Assembly: GCA_040905815.1 (NCBI GenBank)
Contig: JBBDQT010000001.1
Coordinates: forward strand, 1-57,575
Source: Acidimicrobiales bacterium
GTDB taxonomy: Bacteria > Actinomycetota > Acidimicrobiia > Acidimicrobiales > CADCSY01
Direction of reading: 5' to 3'
DNA: 57,575 nt
Part shown: in pieces, positions 35,788 to 44,736 of the stretch
How positions within the stretch are numbered: position 1 is the first letter of the stretch
Layout of the letters: every line of letters begins with the position of its first letter
The notes under the pieces: generated by a model
What the model was told of the DNA's origin: nothing
What the model saw: the letters and a program-made list of their open reading frames with translations, nothing else
Database searches by the model: none
Program-made: the position numbers and the translations under genes

Positions 35788-35827
35788 GGTTGGTTGGTTG
35801 GTTGGTTGGTTGGTTGGTTGGTTGGTT
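35788..35827 (-). repeat. Perfect tetranucleotide microsatellite, (GGTT)10 on plus = (AACC)10 on the coding strand, in the flgD-flgE intergenic leader
   Basis: Read directly as ggtt x10 at 35788..35827. On the mRNA strand it ends 2 nt upstream of the flgE SD (AACC...AACCTCAAAGGACACGACATG). Confidence 0.95.
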
Positions 35828-35901
35828 GTTGCGTGCGGTTGGTCGAGGCTGGTCTGGCTGAAGGCGGTGGTGCGGTTGGTGCCGGGTACGTGAGGCCAGG
35901 G

Positions 35902-36312
35902 CTAGGTGGTGGCCGTGACCTCCTTGACGGCGCCGAGGGGGACGTCGTGGAGGCCGACGCGCAGCACCGGCCCGTCGGGCCCGACCCGCATGCCGGCGAC
36001 GACGCCGGTCGCGTCGATGCCGTCGGGCCCCGGGTAGGTGATGGTCCGGCCGATCAGGCTGCTGCCGGCCATGGTGCGCTGGCTGGAGAGCAGCTCGGTG
36101 TTCTGGGCGGCGAGCTCGGTGAGCTTCTCCACCATGGTGAACTGGGCGGTCTGGGCCATGAACTCCGCCCCTTCGGCCGGGTTCAGCGGGTCCTGGTACT
36201 TGAGCTGGGCCACGAGCAGCTTGAGGAAGGCGTCCTGGCCGAAGCCGTCGTTGGACGGCTTCGTCGGGGGGGTGGCGAGGGTGCTGGCAAGGGTGGGGTC
36301 GATGGTGGTCAT
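35902..36312 (-). CDS. flgD: Flagellar hook assembly (capping) protein FlgD
   Basis: C-terminal 136 aa of ORF 35902..36948, from ATG 36312. DAFLKLLVAQLKYQDPLNPAEGAEFMAQTAQFTMVEKL is the conserved FlgD N-domain. Confidence 0.9.
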   Translation of the reverse strand: MTTIDPTLASTLATPPTKPSNDGFGQDAFLKLLVAQLKYQDPLNPAEGAEFMAQTAQFTMVEKLTELAAQNTELLSSQRTMAGSSLIGRTITYPGPDGIDATGVVAGMRVGPDGPVLRVGLHDVPLGAVKEVTATT

Positions 36313-36328
36313 GGGGTTCTCCTCGGTG

Positions 36329-37681
36329 TCAGAGTCGGATGTCGATGCCCGCGGCAGGCGCAGCCGCTGCGGTGGTGACGGCGCCGGCGACGACGCGGGG
36401 GGCGGTGCTGGCCGGCCCTGGGCGGCGGGCGTCCCGATCGTCGCCGCGAGGCGCCTCGTGGCCGTTCGCCCCCACGTCGAGGGAGCCGGCGTCGAAGCCG
36501 GCCGCCTCGAGGTCGACCCTGAGGTCGGCGAGGCTGGCCCGCAACAGGTCACTCGTCGCGGGGACGTCGGCGCGGAGGTGGAGGCTGATCTGGTTCCCGA
36601 GCACCCGGACGTCGACGGTGACCCCACCGAGCTCCTCCGGCCGGAGCTGGAGCAACATCTGGTGGGTGCCGTCGGGTGCTCGGCGCAGGGGTGCCACCAG
36701 GGTGACGAGCTGCTCGGGCACGGCGGGCGCAGCCGTGGGGGCGACGGGCGCGGCCGGAGCGGGCCCGTCGACGGCGACGACCGGCGCCACCGCTGCGATG
36801 CCGACCGGGACGCCAGCCGCGCCGGCGGCCGGCGCGCTGGTGGCTCCGGCGGGCGTGGTGGCGCCCGGGGGGGCAGCGGGGTCGGTGGCGGCCATGGCGT
36901 CGTGGCCGTCCCGGACCGCCGCCCCATCGGCACCGCCGGCACCGGCACCGGCGTCGACGTGGACTGCGGCTGCGACCGTCGCGGGTGGGCTCACCGGCAA
37001 CGGTCTCCGGCCGGGCCCGCCGTCCTGACCGGCGCGGGTCGTGGTGTCCGCCTGGGCGGCAACCGCAGCGCGGTGCCCGGCTGCTGCGGCGTCGCCCGTC
37101 CTGATGGCGCCGCCGGCCATGCCCTCGCCGTCGACGACCTCGCCGTCGACGACCTCGGCGTTCGGCTCCTGGCCGGTGACGGTCCGCCCGCCCGCCTGGT
37201 CGGCCACGGCCTCTGCCTCGACGGCCGGGCCGTTCGGCACCTCGCCGATGGCGTCAGCGTCGATGTCGACGGCGCCATCCGGCGTCGCGGCAGGGGCGGC
37301 GGGAGCGGTGGTCGCGGCAGGAGCGGCGGGAGCGGTGGTCGCGGCGGGAGCGGTGGTCGCGGCAGGAGCGGTGGTGGCGGCGGGAGCGGCCTGCAGCGAC
37401 CCCGTCACGGACCCGGCGAGCGCCGATGCCAGCCTGTCGTCCGGCGCGAGCCCCTCCGCCGGCTCGGCAGCGTCGGCGGTCTGCTCCACCGGCGCCTCGC
37501 CGTCGGCCGCGGCCTCGCCAGCGACGGCCGCCAGCTCGGTCGTGAGCGCGTCGACCATCGCCGCGAACGCGGTCGCCAGGTCCTGGGGGGCGCCCGCCCG
37601 GCCCGACGGGCCGGCGGTGCTCACCGGATGGGCCCCGGTGGGGGCTGCCCGGAGCGCGGGCATCGCAGAGGTGGTGGTCAT
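36329..37681 (-). CDS. fliK: Flagellar hook-length control protein FliK
   Basis: ORF 36329..37681. A/P/T-rich, unstructured-looking N-terminal two thirds. C-terminal Flg_hook-type domain [51 protein letters not shown]. Confidence 0.8.
   Translation of the reverse strand: MTTTSAMPALRAAPTGAHPVSTAGPSGRAGAPQDLATAFAAMVDALTTELAAVAGEAAADGEAPVEQTADAAEPAEGLAPDDRLASALAGSVTGSLQAAPAATTAPAATTAPAATTAPAAPAATTAPAAPAATPDGAVDIDADAIGEVPNGPAVEAEAVADQAGGRTVTGQEPNAEVVDGEVVDGEGMAGGAIRTGDAAAAGHRAAVAAQADTTTRAGQDGGPGRRPLPVSPPATVAAAVHVDAGAGAGGADGAAVRDGHDAMAATDPAAPPGATTPAGATSAPAAGAAGVPVGIAAVAPVVAVDGPAPAAPVAPTAAPAVPEQLVTLVAPLRRAPDGTHQMLLQLRPEELGGVTVDVRVLGNQISLHLRADVPATSDLLRASLADLRVDLEAAGFDAGSLDVGANGHEAPRGDDRDARRPGPASTAPRVVAGAVTTAAAAPAAGIDIRL
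37298..37390 (-). repeat. Imperfect tandem 18-nt repeats inside fliK encoding (APAATT)n
   Basis: The DNA reads ggcgggagcggtggtcgc / ggcaggagcg... about 5 times. The protein reads [36 protein letters not shown]. Confidence 0.8.
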
Positions 37682-38727
37682 GAGAGCTCCTTGACGATGC
37701 GGGCCACGTAGCCCTGGGTCTCGCGGAAGGGGGGGATGCCGCCGTAGCGCTGCACGGCGCCGGGGCCGGCGTTGTAGGCGGCGAGGGCCAGCTCGACGGA
37801 GCCGAACTGGCGGAGGTGGGACCCCAGCAGCCGGGCCGCACCGTCCACGGCCTGGGCCGGGTCGAACGGGTCGGCGACGCCGAGGCCCCGGGCGGTGGCG
37901 GGCATGAGCTGCATGAGACCCTGGGCCCCGGCGCGGCTGACGGCGCGGGGGTTGAAGCCCGACTCGGCCCGGGCCACGGCGGTGAGGAGGGCGGGGGAGA
38001 CGCCGTGGCGCTCGCCGGCGGCCGCGAACAGCTCCGCGTAGGGGCCGCCGGCCGCGCCAGCGCCTCCGCTGCCGGCGACGGCGCCGGGGGCGGGAGCATC
38101 GGGGAGGATCCGCCGGATCACCGACGGCGGCTTGGTGATCTCCTGGATCTTCACCACGTCGCCGCTGCGGGGGGCGACGATCATCTTGTTGTCACCCATG
38201 TAGATCCCGATGTGGTCGATGCCGGGGCGGGCGGCGCTCCAGTCGAACGCGACGAGGTCGCCCGGGCGGGCCTCCGCCAGCGACGCGACGGGCCGGCCGG
38301 CCCTGGCCTGGTCGGCGCTCACCCGGGGCACCGCGATGCCGAGGTCCTTGAAGCTGCGCTGGATGAACCCGGAGCAGTCGAGCCCGACGGCCGGGTCGGT
38401 CCCGCCCCACAGGTACGGCACGCCGAGGTACTTGCGGGCGGCGGCGATCACCTGGTCGCCGCTCACGCCGCCCGCCGGAGCGTCGAGGGAGGTGGCTGCC
38501 GACGCCGACACCGGAGCTTGGGCCGCCCAGCTGGCCCGCAGGCCGTCCGTGCCGGTTGCCGCCCCAGCCATGGCCAGGACATCCTCGAAGCTGACGGGCG
38601 CCGCATCGCGGGAGGGCACCGCCAGCGGGTTGGCGCTCGGCCGCGGCGCCACGATCCCCGTCGGGACGCTGAAGCGGGCATGGATGGCGGCCATTCGGGC
38701 CTGGACCTCCGCGACGGCGGCGGTCAC
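37678..38727 (-). CDS. Bifunctional peptidoglycan hydrolase: NlpC/P60 endopeptidase domain plus SLT lytic transglycosylase domain
   Basis: ORF 37678..38727. P60: [27 protein letters not shown]...IDHIGIYMG...[11 protein letters not shown]: [30 protein letters not shown]...[13 protein letters not shown]. No hydrophobic signal peptide is visible at the N-terminus. Confidence 0.85.
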   Translation of the reverse strand: MTAAVAEVQARMAAIHARFSVPTGIVAPRPSANPLAVPSRDAAPVSFEDVLAMAGAATGTDGLRASWAAQAPVSASAATSLDAPAGGVSGDQVIAAARKYLGVPYLWGGTDPAVGLDCSGFIQRSFKDLGIAVPRVSADQARAGRPVASLAEARPGDLVAFDWSAARPGIDHIGIYMGDNKMIVAPRSGDVVKIQEITKPPSVIRRILPDAPAPGAVAGSGGAGAAGGPYAELFAAAGERHGVSPALLTAVARAESGFNPRAVSRAGAQGLMQLMPATARGLGVADPFDPAQAVDGAARLLGSHLRQFGSVELALAAYNAGPGAVQRYGGIPPFRETQGYVARIVKELS

Positions 38728-39152
38728 CGGGTCCTCCCGTAGCGCGCGCTGAACTGCTCGTCAGCCTCGGCGTCCTCGTCCCGGCGCACCGCGACGGCGT
38801 GCTCCTCCCGGTGCCGGCCCTCGAGCCGCTCGAGGCCGGTCACCCGCATGCGGGCAGCCTGGAGCGCCCCGCGCTCCTCCTCCACCCTGAGCTGGGCCAC
38901 CTCGCGGGCGGTCCCGGCGGCGAGGACGGAGGCGGCGGTGCGGTCGAGGCCGCCACGGTCGGCGAGCCACGTCGCGGCCGGTCGCGGGCCGGGCTGCTGG
39001 GGCATCGTCGCGTAGCGCGCGAGCGATCCCTCGAGCAGCACCTCGGCGCCGGCAAGGCCGTGGCTGGCCGCCACGAACCCGGCGCGGGCGACGTCCTCCT
39101 GGATGCGGCGGACCCGCAGCACCGGCTCGAGGGCGAAGCGGTAGCGCTTCAC
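38724..39152 (-). CDS. fliJ: Flagellar export chaperone/stalk protein FliJ
   Basis: ORF 38724..39152 (142 aa). [23 protein letters not shown]..., coiled-coil-like, immediately downstream of fliI. Confidence 0.55.
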   Translation of the reverse strand: MKRYRFALEPVLRVRRIQEDVARAGFVAASHGLAGAEVLLEGSLARYATMPQQPGPRPAATWLADRGGLDRTAASVLAAGTAREVAQLRVEEERGALQAARMRVTGLERLEGRHREEHAVAVRRDEDAEADEQFSARYGRTR

Positions 39153-40453
39153 GCCGACACCACCCTGGTGAGCGCCGCCCAGCTCTCGTCGGCGGTGGGC
39201 GACTCGCCCATGTCCTGGCAGGCGAAGGCGTCGAGGGCATCCTTGAGCGCGACGGCACGGTCCACGGTCGGGTTCGTACCGGGGACGTAGGCGCCGATCT
39301 CGATCAGGTCCTTGGCATCGCGGTGGGCGGCGAGCAGGCGCCGCAGCTCACCGGTGGCCGCCCGGCGCTCGGGCGTGGTGATGGCGGGGCCGACGCGGGA
39401 GATCGACTCGAGCACGTCGACGCTCGGGAAGTGGCCGGCGGTGGCAAGGCGGCGGGTGAGCACGACGTGACCGTCGAGGATGGAGCGGGCCGCGTCGCCG
39501 ATGGGCTCGTTCATGTCGTCGCCTTCGACGAGGACGGTGTAGAGGCCGGTGATGCTGCCCCGCTCGGCGGCGCCCGCCCGCTCCAGGAGCTTGGGGAGCA
39601 GTGAGAAGACCGACGGCGGGTAGCCGCGGGTGGCGGGCGGCTCGCCGGCCGAGAGGCCCACCTCGCGCTGGGCCATGGCGAAGCGCGTGAGGCTGTCCAT
39701 CATGAGCACGACGTCGGCGCCCCCGTCGCGGAACCACTCGGCGATCCGGGTCGCGGTGAAGGCGGCCCGCAACCGGACGAGCGCCGGCTCGTCGGAGGTG
39801 GCCACGACCACGATCGAACGGGCCAGGCCGTCGGGCCCGAGGTCGTTCTCGAGGAACTCCCGCACCTCCCGCCCACGCTCGCCCACGAGGCAGATGACAG
39901 AGACCTCGGCATCGGTGCCGCGGGCGATCATCGACAGGAGGCTCGACTTGCCGACACCGGAGCCGGCGAAGATGCCGAGGCGCTGGCCACGGCCGCAGGG
40001 GACGGCGGTGTCGAGCACCCGCACGCCGAGGCTGAGCTGGTGGTCGACCCGCGAGCGGGTGAGCGGGTGGGGCGGCGTGCCCTCGACGGTCGCCTCCTCC
40101 ATCCCGGTGAGCGGAGGTCCGCCGTCGATCGGTCGGCCGAGCCCGTCGAGGACCCGGCCGAGCAGGCCGGCGCCGACGTGGATCGTCGGCGGGCGGCCGG
40201 CGGCCTCGGCCGCGGCACCGGCCCGAACGCCGCGCAGGTCGCCGAAGGGCATGCACACGACGGCCCCGTCGCGGAGCGCGACCACCTCGCCCATGAGCGG
40301 CTCGAGGCCGTCACGGTCGATGCGCAGCGCGTCGCCGATGGCGGCCTCGATCCCGGCGACCTCGAGGTTCAGCCCGACGACACGGACGACCCGTCCTGTG
40401 CGGCGGGGCGCGGCGGCGGCGGTCCCCGCGGCGATGGCTGTTGCGATCGTCAT
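39149..40453 (-). CDS. fliI: Flagellum-specific ATPase FliI
   Basis: ORF 39149..40453. Walker A GIFAGSGVGKSSLL, Walker B VVLMMDSLTRFA, F1-ATPase-like fold signature. Confidence 0.95.
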   Translation of the reverse strand: MTIATAIAAGTAAAAPRRTGRVVRVVGLNLEVAGIEAAIGDALRIDRDGLEPLMGEVVALRDGAVVCMPFGDLRGVRAGAAAEAAGRPPTIHVGAGLLGRVLDGLGRPIDGGPPLTGMEEATVEGTPPHPLTRSRVDHQLSLGVRVLDTAVPCGRGQRLGIFAGSGVGKSSLLSMIARGTDAEVSVICLVGERGREVREFLENDLGPDGLARSIVVVATSDEPALVRLRAAFTATRIAEWFRDGGADVVLMMDSLTRFAMAQREVGLSAGEPPATRGYPPSVFSLLPKLLERAGAAERGSITGLYTVLVEGDDMNEPIGDAARSILDGHVVLTRRLATAGHFPSVDVLESISRVGPAITTPERRAATGELRRLLAAHRDAKDLIEIGAYVPGTNPTVDRAVALKDALDAFACQDMGESPTADESWAALTRVVSA

Positions 40454-41094
40454 GGCGCCAGCACCGCCTTCACGCGGGCGAGCGCCGCGCCGAGCTGCGC
40501 GTCGATCCGGCAGGGCCCCGCCTCCAGGACGCAGCCACCCCGCTCGACCGCCGGGTCTGCCACGACGGTGACCTCCCGGCCCGGGCTCAGCTCGGTGGGG
40601 TCGCCCAGCAGAGCCACGTCGTCGGGGTGCAGGTGAGCGGTCACGGACTCCCGCTCCGGCGCCAGCACGAGCGCCCGACGGAGCGCGTCACGGCCCGGGT
40701 CCGAGGCGAGCGCGAGCTCGCGGCCGACCACCGCGGTCGCCAGCTCGAAGGCGCAGGCCAACACGGCGTGCTCGACATCGGCGAGCGAGCGGGCTTCGCG
40801 CGCAGCCAGCTCGGCACTCGCCCGCTCCAGTGCGGCGAGCGCCGCAGCGCCAGCGTCGGCAAGGGCGGCGCGGGCGACCGCTGCGTCGGCGAGCGCCTCG
40901 AGGCGGCCGGCGTCGTAGCCTTCGGCTCGGCCGGCCGCGTGACCGGCGGCCTGTGCCTCGGCGACGGCGGCGGGATCGACGGCCCGCCGGGCGGGCCCGG
41001 TCAGGAGCCCGAGGTCGGCGAGGACCGGCACGGGGGCGACCGAGACATCGCGCAGGACCCGGGCGCGGCGCGGGGTGTCAGTCGATGAACTCAT
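40450..41094 (-). CDS. fliH: Flagellar assembly protein FliH
   Basis: ORF 40450..41094 (214 aa). Alanine-rich helical middle and C-terminal domain ending CRIDAQLGAALARV. Lies between fliG and fliI. Confidence 0.65.
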   Translation of the reverse strand: MSSSTDTPRRARVLRDVSVAPVPVLADLGLLTGPARRAVDPAAVAEAQAAGHAAGRAEGYDAGRLEALADAAVARAALADAGAAALAALERASAELAAREARSLADVEHAVLACAFELATAVVGRELALASDPGRDALRRALVLAPERESVTAHLHPDDVALLGDPTELSPGREVTVVADPAVERGGCVLEAGPCRIDAQLGAALARVKAVLAP

Positions 41095-42106
41095 CGCCGC
41101 CTCTCGACAAGATGATCTGGCCGGCTTCCTCGAGGGAGCGCACCGCCCGGACGATGTTGGCCTGGGACTCCTCGACGGTCTTGAGCCGCACCGGGCCGAG
41201 CATGGAGATCTCCTCCAGGAGGATCGTGGCGGCGCGCTCCGACATGTTCTTGGTGATCTTGTCCCGCACGTCGTCGCGCACCCCCTTGAGGGCGATCGCC
41301 AGCTCCTTGCCGTCGACCTCCCGGAGGAGGAGCTGCACGGAGCGGTCGTCGAGGGAGGTGATGTCCTCGAAGACGAACATCAGGCTGCGCACCGCTTCGG
41401 CGAGCTCTGCGTCGCGGCCCTCGAGGCCCTCGAGGATGAGGCGCTCGGTGGTGCGGTCCGAGCGGTTGAGGATGTCGACGAGGGGCTTGACGCCCCCGGC
41501 CGCCGCGAAGTCGCCGGCCTGGAGCAGCGAGGAGAGCTTGCGCTCCAGCACGGACTCGACCCGGGCGATGATCTCGGGCGACGTCTGCTCCATGGTGGCG
41601 ACGCGGTGGGCCACGTCGGCCTGGAGCTCCTCGGAGAGCCCGGAGAGCACCATGGCGGCGTGGTCCGCGTGCATGTGCGCGATGACGAGGGCGATCGTCT
41701 GGGGGTGCTCGTCCTGGAGGTAGGTGAGGACCTGGCGAGGGTCGGCCCGGCGCAGGAACTCGAAGGGCACGTCGACCATCCCGGCCTGGAGGCGATCGAG
41801 GATCTCCCGCGCCTTTCCGGCGCCCATGCTCGCCTCGAGCACCTCCTGGGCGAAGCCCATGCCGCCCTGGGTGACGTAGCGACGGGCCACGGCGAGCTCG
41901 TGGAACTCCTCGAGCACCTCGTCGGCGACCTCCACGTTGAGACCTTGGAGGCGGGCGATCTCGCCCATGAGCTCCTCGACCTCGGACTCCTTCAAGGATC
42001 GCAGGACGGTGGCCGAGCGCTCCTTGCCCATCTGGAGGAGCACCACGGCGGCCTTCTGGGGGCCGCTGAGGCCGTGCTGGGGAGGGGAGGCGACCTCGAG
42101 CATCAC
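41078..42106 (-). CDS. fliG: Flagellar motor switch protein FliG
   Basis: ORF 41078..42106. LSGPQKAAVVLLQMG..., EHPQTIALVIAHM, MFVFEDITSLDDRSVQLLLREV, and a C-terminal torque helix region. Confidence 0.95.
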   Translation of the reverse strand: MMLEVASPPQHGLSGPQKAAVVLLQMGKERSATVLRSLKESEVEELMGEIARLQGLNVEVADEVLEEFHELAVARRYVTQGGMGFAQEVLEASMGAGKAREILDRLQAGMVDVPFEFLRRADPRQVLTYLQDEHPQTIALVIAHMHADHAAMVLSGLSEELQADVAHRVATMEQTSPEIIARVESVLERKLSSLLQAGDFAAAGGVKPLVDILNRSDRTTERLILEGLEGRDAELAEAVRSLMFVFEDITSLDDRSVQLLLREVDGKELAIALKGVRDDVRDKITKNMSERAATILLEEISMLGPVRLKTVEESQANIVRAVRSLEEAGQIILSRGGDEFID

Positions 42107-43692
42107 GCACCCCTGCGGTCGGCGAGCCAGCCCCGGAGGAGCTGGGCGACCTCTTCGGGCTGGCGGTCCACGAGCTCCGCCACGTCGGCCCTGACCTCCA
42201 GCCGGTGCGCCGCGCCCGGCTCGAGGGCATGCCCTGCGGCGCCACCGAGCGCGACGGCCGTGGTCTCCTCCTCGGAGTCGAGGTCGAGGACACCGTCACC
42301 GATACGGCGCAGGTCGGCGGGCAGGTGCACCACCTCACGGCGCTGCTTGCGGCTGCTCCGCCAGGCGAGCAGCACGACGACGGCGATGACGACCGCGATG
42401 GCGACCGTGCGGGCGAGCTCCATCATCTCGGCCTGGCGCGCGGCCTCCTCGGCCGCCGCCAGCTCCTCGGCCGCCGCCTCGGCGCCGGTCGTGTCGAACG
42501 CCATGGCGGTGACCTCGAGCGTGTCGCCCCGGTCGACGTCGAGCAGGGTGGCGGCGGCCACGAGCTCGCGGACGGCGGCCTCGTCGGCCACCCCGCCGTT
42601 GCCGTCGAGCAGCACGGCGACCGACATGCGCCGGACCTGGCCCGGTGCGCTCTTCACGTCCTCGACGACCGTGCCGAGCGCGTTCGCCCGCTGGACCTGC
42701 TCCTTCTCGTACGTGCTGTCCGCTGCACCGGGGACGATGGGCAGCCCGTCGGGCCCGAGCACACCGCCGACGGGAGCACCGGCCCCGGTGAAGGTCTCGG
42801 TCGTGGAGGCCTCGGTCACCGGCGGCACGCCCTCCTCCCACAGGTACCGCTCGGTCTTGCTGGAGCGCTCGTCGAAGTCGAGGTCGGCCTTGACCCGCAC
42901 GATGGCGCCGCCGGCACCTGCGACCGGCTCGAGCAGCTGCTCGACGGAGCGGGCGAGGCTGGCCTCGAACGCCGCGGTCCGCTGCGACCTGGCGTCGTTG
43001 GCGGCGCTGAGGAGGCCGTCCTGGCCGGGGGCGGCCAGCATGGTGCCCTTGGCGTCGGCCACGGTGACCTGCTCCGGCACGAGGCCCTCGACGCTCGAGG
43101 ACACGAGGTGCACGATCGACTGGACCTGGCCGGGGGCGAGGTCCTTGCCGGCCTTCGTCTTCACGAGCACCGATGCGGTGGGCTGGCGCTCGTCGTCGGA
43201 GAAGAGGTCCTCCTTCGGCATCACGAGGTGCACGGTGGCGGCATCGACGCCCTCGATCGCCATGATCGTGCGTGTGAGCTCGCCCTCGATGGCCCGCTGG
43301 TAGTCGACCCGCTGGCGGAACTCCGACGCGGTGATGCCCTGCTCGTCGAGGAGGGCGTAGCCCTGCGCGCCCCCCTGGGGCAGCCCGGCGGCGCTCATGT
43401 CGAGGCGGACCTGGTAGAGGTCCGAACGGGGGATGAGGACGGTGCGGCCGCCGTCGGCCAGCTCGTAGCTGATGCCCTGGCCGCCCAGCTTCTCGGTGAT
43501 GGCCGAGGCGTCGGAGGCCTCGAGGTCGGTGTAGAGCGGCGCGTAGGAGGGCTTCGCGGCCCACGAGGCGAAGAAGAGCCCGCCGAGCAGCAAGCCGACG
43601 ACGGCGAGGCCGGTGACGGCCTTCTGGCCGGTGGTGAACCCGTCGAGCAGGCGCCGGACGGAGGTGGTGAGGCCTTGGAGCTGGACCGGCAT
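42103..43692 (-). CDS. fliF: Flagellar MS-ring protein FliF
   Basis: C-terminal 529 aa of ORF 42103..44202, from ATG 43692 (ATGA overlap with the fliE stop). ...TGQKAVTGLAVVGLLLGGLFFASW...YAPLYTDLEASDASAITEKL..., second TM near the C-terminus. Confidence 0.9.
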   Translation of the reverse strand: MPVQLQGLTTSVRRLLDGFTTGQKAVTGLAVVGLLLGGLFFASWAAKPSYAPLYTDLEASDASAITEKLGGQGISYELADGGRTVLIPRSDLYQVRLDMSAAGLPQGGAQGYALLDEQGITASEFRQRVDYQRAIEGELTRTIMAIEGVDAATVHLVMPKEDLFSDDERQPTASVLVKTKAGKDLAPGQVQSIVHLVSSSVEGLVPEQVTVADAKGTMLAAPGQDGLLSAANDARSQRTAAFEASLARSVEQLLEPVAGAGGAIVRVKADLDFDERSSKTERYLWEEGVPPVTEASTTETFTGAGAPVGGVLGPDGLPIVPGAADSTYEKEQVQRANALGTVVEDVKSAPGQVRRMSVAVLLDGNGGVADEAAVRELVAAATLLDVDRGDTLEVTAMAFDTTGAEAAAEELAAAEEAARQAEMMELARTVAIAVVIAVVVLLAWRSSRKQRREVVHLPADLRRIGDGVLDLDSEEETTAVALGGAAGHALEPGAAHRLEVRADVAELVDRQPEEVAQLLRGWLADRRGA

Positions 43693-43991
43693 CAGATCTG
43701 CATCCTCATGATCTCGTTGAACGCCTCGACCGCCTTGTTGCGCACGGCGACCGTCAGCTCGGTGGCGAGCGACGCGGTGGTGGAGGCGATCATGTAGTCG
43801 TGGACGTCGGTGAGGTCGCCGGTGGCGGCCTGGGTGGCGAGGGAGTCGGCGTCGGACTGGGCGGTCTGGAGGCCCTCGATGCCCTTGGCGAGCAGGTCGC
43901 CGAAGCCGGTGGCCTCGGGCTTGGCAGCCTGTGCGGGGCCGTTGACGGAGAGGGGCAGGCTGGCGACCTGCCCGATGGGAGCGATCGACAC
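43692..43991 (-). CDS. fliE: Flagellar hook-basal body protein FliE
   Basis: GTG 43991 with a GGGAGG SD. VSIAPIG...FGDLLAKGIEGLQTAQSDADSL...VRNKAVEAFNEIMRMQI. Confidence 0.85.
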   Translation of the reverse strand: MSIAPIGQVASLPLSVNGPAQAAKPEATGFGDLLAKGIEGLQTAQSDADSLATQAATGDLTDVHDYMIASTTASLATELTVAVRNKAVEAFNEIMRMQI

Positions 43992-43993
43992 GT

Positions 43994-44392
43994 CTACCTC
44001 CCGAGCCCGAGCGCGGCCTGGTAGGCCTCGCGCGCCCGCTCGACCACGGCGACGTTCGCCTGGTAACCGCGCTGGGCGACCATGAGCTGGGCCATCTGGT
44101 CGGCGAGGTCGATGTCGGGGTAGCGCACCATCCCGTCCTCGTCGGCGAAGGGGTGGTCGGGCTCGTAGCGGAGGCGGCCCTCGGGGTCGCCGAACGCGGC
44201 ACCGGCCACCCGGACGCCGCCGGCGTCGCCGTAGTCGACCGCCTGGGCGACCACCATCCGGCTCTGGAACGCGGCCTCGTCCGCAGGGCGGACCGTGTTG
44301 ATGTTGGCGATGTTGTCCGAGACCGCGTCGAGCCAGGTCCGGTGGACCCGGAGGGCGGACTGCGCGGTGTTGAGCGCGGCGAACATCGCCAT
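43994..44392 (-). CDS. flgC: Flagellar proximal rod protein FlgC
   Basis: ORF 43994..44392. FAALNTAQSALRVHRTWLDAVSDNIANINT ... MVAQRGYQANVAVVERAREAYQAAL. Confidence 0.95.
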   Translation of the reverse strand: MAMFAALNTAQSALRVHRTWLDAVSDNIANINTVRPADEAAFQSRMVVAQAVDYGDAGGVRVAGAAFGDPEGRLRYEPDHPFADEDGMVRYPDIDLADQMAQLMVAQRGYQANVAVVERAREAYQAALGLGR

Positions 44393-44736
44393 CAGCGTCC
44401 ACCGCCGATCGAGGTGCGCAGCAGGCCGAACTTGGCGTTCATCGCCTCGATCGCCAGCTGGTAGCGCATGTTCGTGTCGATGTTGGCCAGCGTCTCCTCG
44501 TCGAGGTTGACGTTGTTGCCGTTCACGCCGGTCGGGGCGAGCGAGCGCAGCGACGCCGGCCGCACGGATGCCGCGTCGCCTGTGCCGAGCGCGTCACGCA
44601 GGCTCGCCTCGAACTCGACCTTCCCGGCGAGGAAGCCCGGTGTCTCGATGTTGGCGACGTTGTCGGCGATCACCCGTTGCCGGGCAGCGAGACCCCGGAG
44701 GGCGGCGTGGAGCGTGTCGGTGGTGAGGTCGTTCAC
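44392..44736 (-). CDS. flgB: Flagellar proximal rod protein FlgB
   Basis: GTG 44736. VNDLTTDTLHAALRGLAARQRVIADNVANIETPGF ... NMRYQLAIEAMNAKFGLLRTSI. ATGA overlap with the flgC start. Confidence 0.9.
   Translation of the reverse strand: MNDLTTDTLHAALRGLAARQRVIADNVANIETPGFLAGKVEFEASLRDALGTGDAASVRPASLRSLAPTGVNGNNVNLDEETLANIDTNMRYQLAIEAMNAKFGLLRTSIGGGR

Noticed and set aside
35794-36378. Plus-strand ORF beginning MVGWLVGWLVGCC
   Set aside because: Its start is simply the (GGTT)n microsatellite read in frame, and the rest is antisense to flgD.
37298-37390. Regularly spaced repeats that might suggest a CRISPR-like array
   Set aside because: The units are 18 nt, contiguous with no spacers, in frame, and encode APAATT within fliK.
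42103-44202. 699-aa version of FliF, and likewise the long N-terminal extensions of ORFs 35902..36948, 50370..52001, 51335..53518, 46351..48174 and 11358..13058
   Set aside because: The extensions overlap upstream genes (fliE/flgC, fliK, the GT2-TPR gene and others) in another frame and are low-complexity. Conserved N-termini with SDs or overlap-coupled starts lie further downstream.
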